Source of the DNA: Naegleria gruberi
Taxonomy: Eukaryota
Length of the DNA: 64,000 bases
NCBI GenBank assembly: GCA_000004985.1
Contig: GG738857.1
Strand: one strand, 5' to 3'
Positions 1-11,691 of this stretch are shown here, one piece after another (position 1 is the stretch's first letter; each line of letters starts with the position of its first letter). A model generated the notes under the pieces. The model searched no databases, was not told where the DNA came from, and saw only the letters and a program-made list of their open reading frames with translations. The position numbers and the translations under genes were made by a program.

Positions 1-108
1 TTAATTTTCCTTTATTAATAAACCTGATGAGGTGGCTTCTTCCAATTCCCTTCAAAGATAAAAATAAGATTTTTGCATTGTCATGATTGGGTTGAGCGAG
101 TTGAAAGT

Positions 109-1683
109 CTAAGGTCTTTTGAAGAATACTTTGGTGATGCATTGGGTTTGTGCAAAGACTCCAGTCAAGCTTATTGAAATTGTAACGTGTCTCAAACTGT
201 CCATTGTAAAGTCGTCAAATGAAACATTGCAAAATTTGGCTGTGAATTCGAGTTTTGGCTCTAGCTGGATTTCCTTTCGTTGTTCCTTCTTGCAGACTTT
301 GTAGAGTTTTTGTACATTATTCAATTTGTGCTCGTCTTGAATTGAGTTGGTGGAAGTATTGTTGCCTTGAAGTTTTGAGACTAAATTGTCTAATTTGCTT
401 GTTTTGAGCATTTGCTTTCCAGAGATGATACAATTAGAGATTGGATTGTTGAATAGGATGGTGTAAAGTTTCTTAATGATCAACATTTGATCTCTTCTCG
501 TGAAATATCTCAAACCAATTCGTTTAGTAAAGTATTCAATCTTACCTGTGAGGAGGTCGTATAAGGAGAATAATTGATTGAACTGCTTGGAAATTCTATC
601 TGTAAGATCGGTATAATCCTTTGAGGAGAGAATCATTTCAATAAATCTCACAACACCACTCATAGATGAACCACTAGATACCAGTTTGGAATGGAAGCTT
701 TCATGGAGCACATTCCTATTGATTTGAACAGTCTTGAATACTGTATTAGAGCTCTCCAAAATGAAACCAACACTCTTTTTGAGATAAATCTCGAATGATT
801 CACCTTTTGGAACGAAATATCGTGCTACCTTCTCGTCAAAATCTTCCTCAATTTGAACCAGATCTGCAACCATGTTTTGCAGTGTTTTCCTCTTATTATT
901 GTCATTCGGCATAAATTCCTTATTTAAAATACTTTGCTGTTCTGACAGATAGTATTTGTACTGCAAATTGTTTTTGGAATGTCTGGACCTTTCTGAAAGG
1001 ATATTCGTTAGAATATTCGAATCATGAAGAACTGAAACTGTAAAGTCTCTAGAGTTCTGACATAACTTCATAGTAGGAAGGGAATTAGATCTTTGATTCA
1101 TTTTAGGAGTGGTTGTTTCAAAATTGTGTTGAATTGCTGAATAGGGTTGTGAGGGATTTAGAAATATGAATCCATCAAGGAACCAAAATGATTCATCACA
1201 AAGTATCCTCTGTTCATTCTTCATGGATGAGTTCTTACAACTATCGTCTTGATTAAGCAGCAAAATTGGATAGAATCGAGCAGTCACTCGTCTATATTCA
1301 TTTCCAACTCTCTTTGAGAATGAAGGCATTCTGGAGTTGGCCCAAATAATATTCTCATCGGTATAGTCTTTCCTCAAACCAATCAATTCCTTCTCCACTG
1401 AGGTATAAACTCTCATGTAATTGGAAAACTTGTATGTTAAATTCATCAAATGAAATTGGTCGTTAAAATTCTCAACTTCAAAGTATTGACAAACTGTTTG
1501 AATTAATTGCTCAAAATCCCTACATGCAACTCCAATTTCATATATTGGTTGGATTAAATTCTCTCTCGATTCTTCAATAATCAGGGAACTGAGGAAAATG
1601 TTCACCAATTTGAGTCGAAAGATTTGTTTGGTGGTGAGGAAGAGAAAAATCCTTCTCCATGGCAAACAGCAAAAACTCTTCAT
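109..1683 (-). CDS. hypothetical protein (about 520 aa, 3' end complete); the first ~20 aa look like UTR/intron read-through, so the true N-terminus is uncertain
   Basis: Long minus-strand ORF with coding-like composition; no family recognised by eye. Confidence 0.45.
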   Translation of the reverse strand: MKSFCCLPWRRIFLFLTTKQIFRLKLVNIFLSSLIIEESRENLIQPIYEIGVACRDFEQLIQTVCQYFEVENFNDQFHLMNLTYKFSNYMRVYTSVEKELIGLRKDYTDENIIWANSRMPSFSKRVGNEYRRVTARFYPILLLNQDDSCKNSSMKNEQRILCDESFWFLDGFIFLNPSQPYSAIQHNFETTTPKMNQRSNSLPTMKLCQNSRDFTVSVLHDSNILTNILSERSRHSKNNLQYKYYLSEQQSILNKEFMPNDNNKRKTLQNMVADLVQIEEDFDEKVARYFVPKGESFEIYLKKSVGFILESSNTVFKTVQINRNVLHESFHSKLVSSGSSMSGVVRFIEMILSSKDYTDLTDRISKQFNQLFSLYDLLTGKIEYFTKRIGLRYFTRRDQMLIIKKLYTILFNNPISNCIISGKQMLKTSKLDNLVSKLQGNNTSTNSIQDEHKLNNVQKLYKVCKKEQRKEIQLEPKLEFTAKFCNVSFDDFTMDSLRHVTISISLTGVFAQTQCITKVFFKRP

Positions 1684-2237
1684 GCTTTTTTCTTTGTTTT
1701 GTGTTCAAAAGCAGAATGGAATGTCCACCTGAAAATCAGTTAGGCATCGAACTGTCTTTTGGTTTAATTCCATACTGTTCTTCCTTCCTTTTTTGCTACT
1801 GTTTCCAAACAGTCACATTCAAAATCCAGAACTCGACACTCAATGAGATCTTTTGAAATATATCAAAATCAAACGAACTCGATCATCAACTCGATTCAAT
1901 ACTTTACAATTTTGCTTTCGTTGTCTTTTCAAATTTGACTTTTTGGGAATGAATTCAGATTTCTTTCAATTTATCCACTTTGAAAAAATCTTTCATCACT
2001 CTATTAATAAAATTAATTCTACAGTATCTTCCTCTGTTCCAATAAGATCTCAAAAAAATCACAATCACCACAATCTTCACTCATCATGATACAAATAAGC
2101 AATCCTCAACAACATTCCGAAAGCCTTTGATATTGTTTACTGGATAACAAGCTGTTCTGGTCCGCTTGCGCATGGGTTTTTCAATTGTTGGGCATTTTTT
2201 TGGTGGTCAGCACTTTGAAAATCAAAAGCACAAAAAA

Positions 2238-3650
2238 ATGAGCACAATTCAAGATACCTTCGGAGGTGGTAGTAGCATGGATGATCTTTCATCATTTGGC
2301 TCCTCTTACACAACAGGTTATGATTCTTCACGAGGATCAACGATTGGAAATGTTATATTGAAGGATATTGTTTCATTTATAATTTCGGATATGAATTTAA
2401 TTAATCATGGAAATGTTACACATAATCAGACGAAGGGAGGAATTAATTGGGAGCAAGCGCCTCAGGGAGCAATGACTGCTATTGCAGCTATTGTGAGTTT
2501 GATCTGGCTGTGTTTTAGCTTGAAGGGAATATTTAAAAATCAAATTAGTTTACAAAGAAAGCTTTTTTCAATGATTTTGGGTACTTGTACTATTAGAACA
2601 GGTATGTTTTGGAATGATCTTTGAAATTAATTCAAATAGCTCAATCCCTTATTTTCAATCAAATTTGTTTTAGACATAATAGAGATGCCGAGATTTGTCC
2701 TACAATTTCAAAGGTGTCTCAAATTTTAGATATTTATGCTAGCTCGTTCAATTTTGTAATTTATCTTATTTTGGGCCTCTATTGGGCTGAACAGTACTTT
2801 ACATTGAAGAGGATTCAAGATGATAATTATAGTTTCTCCAATTCTCAATCTGAAGTTTCCACATCTGTAAATTCCACCTACTTTTTGAAAGTGAGAAGGG
2901 TTATCAATATTGCATTTTGGATTCTTTCAATATTTTCTTTCTTATTTGTTACACCATTTGCTGTCTTGATTGTTGCTATGGATCACAAAGGATTTGGATA
3001 TTCAACAGTTGCCTATCAAGTTTCAAGATTGGTAATTAGATTAGTGTTATCATGGGGAGTGTGTTTGACACTTGTGGTTTTTGGTATGTAATAATAACTT
3101 GATCAATTTACTTAATTTCCCATAGGAGTACTCGTTTTTAATTTGTATAGAAGAAGTAAGCTATCCAACTCTGAACTTTCTTCAAGGAATATTCAAAAGG
3201 TGGCCATTATTACCATTGTGTGTACTACAGCTTACTTCTTCCTATCAATCACTAATATTGTAACAACTATTGAATGGGAGTGGTACCAAAGTTTTGAACA
3301 TGCCTATGTCTTTTATATTGTAAGTTATTTATTGAGTTACAATCTCTAATCTCATTAAATAGGTATTTGCCCTTATTGAGCTATTTGCAAACACAATTTT
3401 ACTACTTTTCCTTCCTCCAAAGCCAATTGTCATGGCTCTTGCTAACCTTTTTTCATTTTGTAGAAGAAATGTTCCAGAAGAGGAGGGATTTGCTGTACGA
3501 AATAAGTTATTTTATGATAATATTGTTACACTCGATGATGATTCCTATCACATGGACTTTGAACATACAGAAGATGATTTCAGCGAGCATGCAGAAGAAA
3601 CCTCATCTATTATCAATAATAATTTTGCAAATAGAAAGGCAAAAAATTAA
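2238..3650 (+). CDS. multi-pass (about 7 TM) membrane protein, 4 exons; family unresolved, GPCR-like topology
   Basis: ATG at 2238 in an A-rich context. Exons approx 2238..2601, 2640 (or 2674)..3083, 3126..3319, 3363..3650. GTATGT/GTAAGT donors, YAG acceptors, and phases are consistent across junctions. There are about 7 hydrophobic helices and an acidic C-terminal tail ending at TAA 3648-3650. Confidence 0.55.
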
Positions 3651-4026
3651 TAAGTTTAGCATCCTACTACTTGTTGATATATCTAGTTTTCAAATGATAT
3701 ATTATTTGTGCACATTTTGGATGATTGTAGGCAGATGAAATTCAATCTATGGAAAATAAGCAAGTACTGATTCTTTGGTTCAGAACTATTTGAAAAATAC
3801 CCGATTTAGTAAATATATTACAGTTAGATATAAACAAAATAGTTTATTAGACACTCCTTGTTGGGTATTAAGGTAACTTGTTTGATAGAATGTCATTGAT
3901 GCATCAACTGACAATCTTTTCAACTCTTTTCAACTTTCTCTTATCTTTACCTGATAATTTTAGATATCCTTGCTTCTTGTCTGATAATACTAGTTTTTGA
4001 TTGGTGGCATTCATAATTGTATCAAT

Positions 4027-5400
4027 CTAGTTTTCCCCTAAATGATAAATGATTTGGGCAATTTTTTGGATGATCGACTTTGTGAGCTGATGCGATTTGC
4101 CTAGATTGGATGCATACAAGATGGCAGCCCGTTTTAACCACATGATACCTTCTTCATACTTGTTCAAAGAAAGGCAGACAGTTCCCAATTTCCTTAGATA
4201 GTCAGCTTCTTCAAGGAATGAAATAAAGTCAAATTCATGTCTTAACTTTAGTCTCTCTGATTGGAGAGCTATATCCAATCCTTTCAGAACTTCGTAAGCT
4301 GCCTCAAGTAACTCAACCTGAACCAGAATTACAGAGCTGTCAATGTAAATATCAAATAAAAGTCGTTTGTAATTCTTTGGCAGGTTAGAATCAAAATTAA
4401 ACTCCAAAATAGAAGGAAGATATTTTTCGAGGAAAGGCAGAGCCTTTTCATGATGAATACCATATTTTGCTACTATTGATAACATCATTTTGAAAAGATG
4501 GAAAACCTTATCCTCAGATGCTACATTCTCACCCAATATGAGTAACTCTATAACAACATCAAGAGCATTTCCAACATCCTTTCTTTCCAAATACAGTTTT
4601 AACCAAAGATATAAAATCATTTTCTTAATCTCATCATCCTTCCTAGAAGAATCAAGTTTCGATTTAAATGTTTCCTGAATATCTTTGAGTGACTCCTTCA
4701 TTGGCAAAATGTCTCCTTTTTTCTGATAAACTATGGTTAATAAATATTTAGCAGAGAAGCAAATCTCGTACTGCTTCTCCTGTTCAACTATTGGTAATAA
4801 TTTAAGTAAAATCTTTTGTGCAATATCTAATTGTCCTCTCTTCAGTTGACACATTGACATTCCTATTAAAATTGTGTGACTCATTATTGTACATCTATTT
4901 CTGAAAATTTCGATTTTTCTATTTAAAACTGATGGTTCATGCTTAATTGGAGAAATCTTTTTAGATTGGTGTATAATTGCTCCTTTTGTGGGAGTAATTG
5001 TGCTTTCCGATGGTAAATAAGGTGATTCAATATAATACAGTTTTTCATATCCAACATCTCCAATTAATTTCGTATGTAAATTCAAAGCTTCGGAGAGGTG
5101 GTTCAGGCTACTATTTAGTGCATTAGACCTCAAATAAATTAAAGATAAATCAATCATTAATTGCACCAATCCAATCCTATATAATCCATTCACTAATTTG
5201 AAATTAGCAATTGCCTCAATTTTTGACTGCACTCCTCTATCAAATTGTTTAAATACAATTGGAGATTTGTTTTGTGGACTGGCAGAGCTGGTCCTCGACA
5301 TGGAAGAACTACTACGTGTTGAAGAGGCAGAGTAGGGACGAAAATCACTCCTACTACTACTTGAAACTCCCAAAAAGCTACTGTCGTTTCCATACATCAT
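4027..5400 (-). CDS. hypothetical protein, TPR-like/helical-repeat C-terminal region with a Ser-rich N-terminus
   Basis: 457-aa ORF; upstream in-frame stop; amphipathic helical repeats. Confidence 0.5.
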   Translation of the reverse strand: MMYGNDSSFLGVSSSSRSDFRPYSASSTRSSSSMSRTSSASPQNKSPIVFKQFDRGVQSKIEAIANFKLVNGLYRIGLVQLMIDLSLIYLRSNALNSSLNHLSEALNLHTKLIGDVGYEKLYYIESPYLPSESTITPTKGAIIHQSKKISPIKHEPSVLNRKIEIFRNRCTIMSHTILIGMSMCQLKRGQLDIAQKILLKLLPIVEQEKQYEICFSAKYLLTIVYQKKGDILPMKESLKDIQETFKSKLDSSRKDDEIKKMILYLWLKLYLERKDVGNALDVVIELLILGENVASEDKVFHLFKMMLSIVAKYGIHHEKALPFLEKYLPSILEFNFDSNLPKNYKRLLFDIYIDSSVILVQVELLEAAYEVLKGLDIALQSERLKLRHEFDFISFLEEADYLRKLGTVCLSLNKYEEGIMWLKRAAILYASNLGKSHQLTKSIIQKIAQIIYHLGEN

Positions 5401-5873
5401 CCATAATTACTATATTCCCTCCTTCTTCAATATTCTAGAAATCTGATTAATTTATATACAACAAAACTTCCGATATTTCAAAGCTAATTGAAGGTTTTAC
5501 TGTTATTGTTCTTGGAAAAACCTCAATAACAAATTTACGGTATTTTTTTGTGGTGGTTTGTGATTCCAAAAGTCTCGTAATTTTCAATGCCAGTCAAGTC
5601 AAAGAGATTGGACAAGGAATGATGTTTTTGAATTAATGCATGCCCAATTCGTTATGTAGAGAGAAGGATGAGATTCCTTAATTTTGTTGATATCAAAATT
5701 TAACTATCTGTTTCAGACTTCCTTAGTAGATTCGGATCTAAAAATACATGCAAAAAATGGTGCTGATAGATTTATTCAAATATTAGAAAATGATGAAAGA
5801 TAGTTTATTCGAACAAAACCATGTCAATCTATCTTCTGAAGGATCTTCTTTGAGAATCTAACTGCAGCTGTAA

Positions 5874-7522
5874 TTACATGTTTAGATAAGAGTCAGTATA
5901 GCTTGGTTCAATCTTGGCAACCACTTCAGCTAGTGTGCCTGTCATTCTCTTGATGAAACACTTGCTAGGCACTTTTCGAATATTGCAAATAAATTCAAAC
6001 CTGTTAAAGTTGGTATTCCAAATGAGATAGTAAATATTTGTTCTCTTCTTTTTGATAGGTTTGCTATGTTTCTCAATAGACTCGATAAATGATTCAATAC
6101 TCGTTATATTCTCCAATGTCAATTTGGAGGATTGATTGTTTTCATCCTCAAATTCAATGTTATAGTCTTTGATAAACTTATCTTCCAAATAAATAATCAT
6201 GTGGTAACCTCCAACAGCCATGTTGCAAATATTCTTTCTTCAAAAATTGGATGGTAAAATTTGGTTGGTTCTTTCTGGAAGCATTCATCTTTCCACAGTT
6301 GACCACAAATAAAAATTTCATTCTTATCAGTCAGATAAATTGTAGATTCTCTTCCACATCTAACTTCTGTTATCTTATTCTTTGTGAAATTCATGGCATT
6401 GAGAGTTGTTATTGTTTGAACAGTAGTTCCATATGTTTCTGATGGGATACCAAGTTGATTTTTAGTATTATATCCGCATCCATATGTTTGTCCATCTCGA
6501 GTTTTAAAAATTGTGTGAGATTCACCACACTGAATATCTACAATGATTGATTGAATGGATAGTATATCTTGGTACTTTAGCTCTTGAACTTCATCAAAAA
6601 CATCTTCCAAATTTCCTACTCCCAATGCTCCAGAATAATTTCTTCCATAAACGAAAACTCTACCCGATTGAGTCAAAATAATAATGTGGCTATCTCCACA
6701 AGAAACTCTCCTTATTGGATCTGATGATTCTTGTTTAAATATTTCCTTTCTATTTACAGGCATATTGCTTTCTTCAATGTCTCCATTTAATAAAAGAGTA
6801 CCATCCTCTGTTTGGAAGACTGTAAATCTCAACCCAGAGTACACGTGATGAATTATCCCCAAATCTTCTACAAGTGTTGGTGCCAGTACCCAATTATCAG
6901 GAATGCAAAGTTGTGAATAATAATTATTACCAGAGACATAAACTTTTCCATTAACAGTCAAGAATAAAGTATGAAATTGGCTCAAAACAACCTCTACAAT
7001 CTGACTATCAAAAGAAAAATCCATTCTCACTGGTTCATAAACAGTTTTCAAATGATTCACACCTAGTTGACCAAAAAAGTTGTTTCCCGAAACTAGAAAT
7101 AGTTAATACTAGTTAAAATTCAGAAATAACATACCATAAACAAGGTTGTCTATTGTTATCAAAACTGTTTGAGCTACTCCACATTCTATCATTCTAATAT
7201 TTTGATTAGAACAACGAACACCATTACTTTGTAGAATCGGGTGACAGAATGTTTGTGAGCAAACCTCACTAGGCATATTCAACATGTAATCTCTAGGTCT
7301 TTTATGAAGTAGTTGACCATATTGATAATTTCCCATTACCAGAAAAACTGTTCCATCATGTTGTGGATCACTTTCCGTCGATTGACTCCAATTTAAATAA
7401 TTACTCGTTGTTTCAAAAACCATAGTATGAGAATCAAAAGTAGGAGCATAACTATGCTCATATTGTCTATAAAATCCACCACCATTGGAGGTTGATTTTG
7501 CTCCCACATACGTATTTCCCAT
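5874..7522 (-). CDS. RCC1-repeat protein, multi-exon, with an apparent frameshift near 6197-6221
   Basis: RCC1 motifs GNYQYGQL, YVSGNNFFGQLG, VYGRNYSGALGVGN, GCGYNTKNQLG. There is a 42-nt intron at 7093..7134 (GTATGT...TAG, phase-consistent). ORFs 6197..7060 and 5874..6221 overlap in different frames. Confidence 0.6.
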
Positions 7523-7902
7523 GATGAATGTCGATGATCCAATCACACACAAATTAATTCTACACAATGTCCAATAAACACAATATATATACACAGACAG
7601 GTACAATCCCTCGAGATAATCAGCTGATGATTGAATTTATCCTTTCGAAAAAAGCCTCTTGACAAAAATTCCTCTCGATTTGATGGAAATTTTTTTTAAT
7701 CAAAAGTCTGTTGAATATTTGCAGGTCGGAGCACAAAATTGAATGACGAACATGAAGAACACATAAAAGGCTTGAGTAACACTTGAGAAAATCTTCCTAT
7801 TGCTCCTCTTATCCTACTAATCCCCTATGAAGTGTTACTATTTTCAATGATTGAAGGAAGTGGTCGCATGCTATTGGTTGGGTAATGAAAAAAGAATAAA
7901 AA

Positions 7903-8634
7903 ATGGCACAACAAGAGGAAGGAAAGAGAGTTTTGATTTTTGTGAGACATGGACGATCGATTTTCAATGAATTGTACAAGGAGAGTGAGAGTGATTGTCC
8001 TGCTAGTGATCCTTGGGTGATTGATTCAGAGTTGAGCGAGAGAGGTTTTGAACAAGTTAGACAATTTAACCAAGATTTGAACAAGTTATTAAATTGTGAT
8101 GGAGAGAAGAGAATAATTTCGAGTCCATTGACAAGATGTATTCAAACTTGTTTTTGTGTATTGGAAAGTCATCAGGCTTTACCAAAAGGCGAAGAGAAAA
8201 TTATTCTCGATCCTGATTGTACAGAATTGGAAGAATCAAGTTGTGATGTTGGATCAACTTTTGAGGAATTGTCGAATGGAAAGTTGAAGGATGTTTTGGA
8301 AAACAATTTTGATTTGAAATTAATTGAAGGAAGAGGAAAGTGGTGGTATCAAAATGAAAATAATAAGGATCAAACTCTACATTTCGAAGAGTGGGACGTT
8401 TTCATGAAAAGAATGGACCAATTTATTGACAGATTATTTAACAAGTATTTTGAAAAGGTTGACACTGTAATTGTCTTTTCTCATTTCACATTCATTAGAG
8501 AATGTGTGAATGCAATTGCTAAAAAGTACAACAAAGAGACAGCTCTTTCAATAATTGGAGACCAACCTCAACAAACTAAATCAATACCAATTACTGATTT
8601 GGAAAATAGAGAAGTTGTAGTATTACATTTATAA
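7903..8634 (+). CDS. histidine phosphatase superfamily branch 1 (phosphoglycerate mutase-like) protein
   Basis: N-terminal RHG catalytic motif (LIFVRHGRS) and downstream SSPLTRCIQT motif; AAAAATGG start context. Confidence 0.8.
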   Translation: MAQQEEGKRVLIFVRHGRSIFNELYKESESDCPASDPWVIDSELSERGFEQVRQFNQDLNKLLNCDGEKRIISSPLTRCIQTCFCVLESHQALPKGEEKIILDPDCTELEESSCDVGSTFEELSNGKLKDVLENNFDLKLIEGRGKWWYQNENNKDQTLHFEEWDVFMKRMDQFIDRLFNKYFEKVDTVIVFSHFTFIRECVNAIAKKYNKETALSIIGDQPQQTKSIPITDLENREVVVLHL

Positions 8635-9336
8635 TGAGGTTATTTGGTGCATCAAATTTGAGTTTTATTCTATCAACGATTGAGGAAGTGTCGATACCAG
8701 AAATAGGGTATGAGGATGAAGAGGAAGATGAGGATGATGTTAGCAATTTTACAATCATGATGATGATAGAAGAAGAAGACTTTTAGAATAAATTATTAAA
8801 TTATTATTTGGATATCTTCATTCGGAGTAAAGTTGAGATTTCTTTTCATCTTGATAATTTACTTTTTCATATGAGGACATGATAATGTAAATGTCATTAC
8901 AAGTGGAGGGATCTTGAATCCAATTATCTTCAAGTTCAACCATGATTTGTAATTCTTTCAATTATTGATTGTCTAACTGTCCTGTGGCTAAAAAATAGTA
9001 AGCTAAGGTATTGCATCTAACGAGTAAGACCTTGCAAAATAGAGATAAAGCACTCATCGAATTGTAATTACACCAACGAATACTTGTTGTTCAATTATCA
9101 ATTGGAAATAGATTTTTGTTGGACTTGCTAATCATTCACAATTTGAGTACAATCCAATCTTGGAGTTTGTAGACCTAACAAAAAAACTGGCGCTCTTTTT
9201 GATTTTGTTGAAATCCATACTTTACAACGACCATTAACACATTTTTAGGTAGTACTAAAGAAGAGGAAATTAAAAAAGAAACAACTAGCGCTCTTCAATT
9301 CATTTTCGTTCATAAAAAAACACTAAACTCAAAACT

Positions 9337-9762
9337 ATGAAAAGCCAAGTTAGATTTCCACACAACAGAACTGATTCTCAAGAACCATTTATTGTCTCCA
9401 GAAGAATGTCCAGAACGAGCATGTCTAGAAAAGTTGTTGGTAATAGAAACAAACCAATTACAATCATTGTTGTGGGCCTACTCATGTTATTCATTGGTTT
9501 GGTGGAGGCAGTGGCCAGCATAGTTATTGGATGCATTGCTGGAACATGTGAAAACAACTGTATTCCTAATAGCTTGTCAATTATCCTTCCAATAGCAATT
9601 ACAGGATTTATCTTTGTGATTGTTGGCTTAACTTTCATTCCAATAGGTATTAGAAAATTAGTGAGAATGTCAAAGATTGACTTACCTATCGACACTTTCG
9701 ACCTTCAGCCAGATATGATCATTCACACCTCCACAACAATTATCACAACCAGGCCATTCTAA
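9337..9762 (+). CDS. small membrane protein with 2-3 TM helices
   Basis: 141-aa ORF with A-rich start context and two long hydrophobic segments. Confidence 0.4.
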   Translation: MKSQVRFPHNRTDSQEPFIVSRRMSRTSMSRKVVGNRNKPITIIVVGLLMLFIGLVEAVASIVIGCIAGTCENNCIPNSLSIILPIAITGFIFVIVGLTFIPIGIRKLVRMSKIDLPIDTFDLQPDMIIHTSTTIITTRPF

Positions 9763-10099
9763 TCCTTACCAACCAAACCAAACAACGGGCGATGAACAAG
9801 TGATTTATCCAACATTTTGCTTTCCTCAACATGCTAAATCTCACATGCAGCCACATGTTGGTGAGGAAGACCAACATCAAGAAGAGGTGTAACTCTCAAA
9901 ACAATATGAAACTACCACAACATTAATGTACATAATAAACTCCTTAGATTTAATAAAATCTGGATGGATTAAAACCTCCTTATCAAACTGAGGTGCAATC
10001 CAAGTTGAAAATTGAATTTAACTTCTCCAATCTAGCCATTGGACATTCGACTCAAATTTTTGATTTCATAGATAATGTAACATATACATTAATCGAATA

Positions 10100-11224
10100 T
10101 TACTTTGAAATAGACGCTGAAGCAACATATAAAAATTCTAATATTGTCCAACTCAACCCAGAAGCAAAAGCTCTTTTCATAATTCTTGGGCTTACACCTC
10201 TGAATAGAGTTCTGAATCCTTCGTTCTTAGTGATTGTAACCAATGCGTGAATTACTCCATTATATGCTTTTGTATTTGAACTTGGTTCAAGTTGCAATCT
10301 TGTTCTAATCATATCAAATGGATGTGTAATAACTGATGAAAGAACACCTCCAACAGCGCCACTAGGCATTGTAATGAACGGGCTTGTTTCCATCTCCTTC
10401 TCTCTTCCCTTGTAGAATGTATTTGTAAGTGCATATCTTGTTTGATTATAAAACAAAAAGTTCAATCCAGCATTTGGGATATCTCGCACTAAGGTAGCAA
10501 ATAATCCTGAAAAGAATCCTCTTAAACCTTCATTCTTTGCAATATGTGAAAATGTCTCCAAAACTCCTCTATTGTTTTCCATAAATTCTAATCTTGTTTT
10601 AACAACTGTTATCGGACACAAAATTACTCCTGTCAATCCTCTACTAAATGCTGCAATTAAAAAACTCTCTGTTGGTGAAAGTCGACTCTTTGCCAAAGCA
10701 TCAATAGAATGTGTCTTGGCTGTGATTGTCATTTCTTTCAAATAGCTTAACATGTTGTAATAGAGCAATGATCCAGGAGCAACTCTAATAAATGTTGGTA
10801 TGGTTCCTCTATATAATCCTTTAATTCCTTGTTCTTTATAAATATGTCTTGCTGTCGTCATCATTGTTTCTCTTGGATGAACTCTTTCACTCTTTGCAAA
10901 AGCATCAGCTCGTAAAATCATATTTGTCTTGATGACATCCATCGGTTGTGTAAGCAGTGTCGAGAAGGTACCAGCCACTCCTCCCGACACGAATTTCAAT
11001 ACATTCTCTACCATTTTACTTTCATTTTGTAAAATTTCCGAAGCTTTAGCTGCGTCAGGACCGAGACCGAGAGGAAGACTTGTTTGATTTTCTTGCATTT
11101 TTTTTAGGGTTTGAGATGGAGCTCTTGATTTGGCGCCTTTATTTGTCTCTTGATTCTCAAAGCTTTTCGCTCTAATGTTTGTTGCTTGATATTCAATCAA
11201 AATTGAGTTGGAGATTAATTTCAA
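10100..11224 (-). CDS. mitochondrial substrate carrier family (SLC25) protein
   Basis: Three tandem carrier repeats with Px[DE]xx[KR]x[KR] signatures (PMDVIKTNM, PITVVKTRLE, PFDMIRTRLQ). The true start may be the internal Met near 11098. Confidence 0.85.
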   Translation of the reverse strand: MKLISNSILIEYQATNIRAKSFENQETNKGAKSRAPSQTLKKMQENQTSLPLGLGPDAAKASEILQNESKMVENVLKFVSGGVAGTFSTLLTQPMDVIKTNMILRADAFAKSERVHPRETMMTTARHIYKEQGIKGLYRGTIPTFIRVAPGSLLYYNMLSYLKEMTITAKTHSIDALAKSRLSPTESFLIAAFSRGLTGVILCPITVVKTRLEFMENNRGVLETFSHIAKNEGLRGFFSGLFATLVRDIPNAGLNFLFYNQTRYALTNTFYKGREKEMETSPFITMPSGAVGGVLSSVITHPFDMIRTRLQLEPSSNTKAYNGVIHALVTITKNEGFRTLFRGVSPRIMKRAFASGLSWTILEFLYVASASISK

Positions 11225-11691
11225 TTAGAGCTAATTGAAAATTGATTGTAATCTATTAATTGATTCTTAAGGAGCAAATTGATTGTAACTAGTCAAAATT
11301 TTGAATTATTTGAAAAATAGATTTCAAAAGGAAGGCAAAATTGACAAATAACATTGTTTTCACATTTGTCCTCAACAATGCAAAAGGAAATTATAAACAT
11401 TGGATAATTGTCTTCACAAATAGTAATTGTACAAATAATACACGTTACAAAACATTTGGATTGGCCCCTGATCTTTAAAAATAGATTTCAAATTGAACAA
11501 ATTCATTGAAAAAAACATCTCTCAACCACCACCTCCTTGTTGAACAAGACAAAATAAAGCCAGGCTTCGGGAGATTGAGACTTGTATTTCAAAACATTGT
11601 TTATTCAGGAAGGAATCATTAGAATTCGAGCGTACAGCCTTTTTTAAATCAACTCTTTGATTGTGTTTAATAGTTTAGTAATTGGTAATCA

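Noticed and set aside
1626-1683. N-terminal MKSFCCLPWRRIFLFL of the first ORF, and similar odd N-termini of ORFs 7109..7606 and 25981..27300
   Set aside because: They look like read-through of UTR/intron sequence up to the first stop. The true starts are likely internal Mets or upstream exons.
8641-8790. Stop-free acidic stretch (EDEEEDEDD...) just after the PGAM-family gene, which could be a 3' exon
   Set aside because: No convincing donor lies at the end of the PGAM ORF, and the purine-rich runs often stay open by chance. Left unannotated.
9378-9695. 105-aa antisense ORF overlapping the 9337..9762 gene
   Set aside because: It is the mirror of a hydrophobic coding region with no independent signals.
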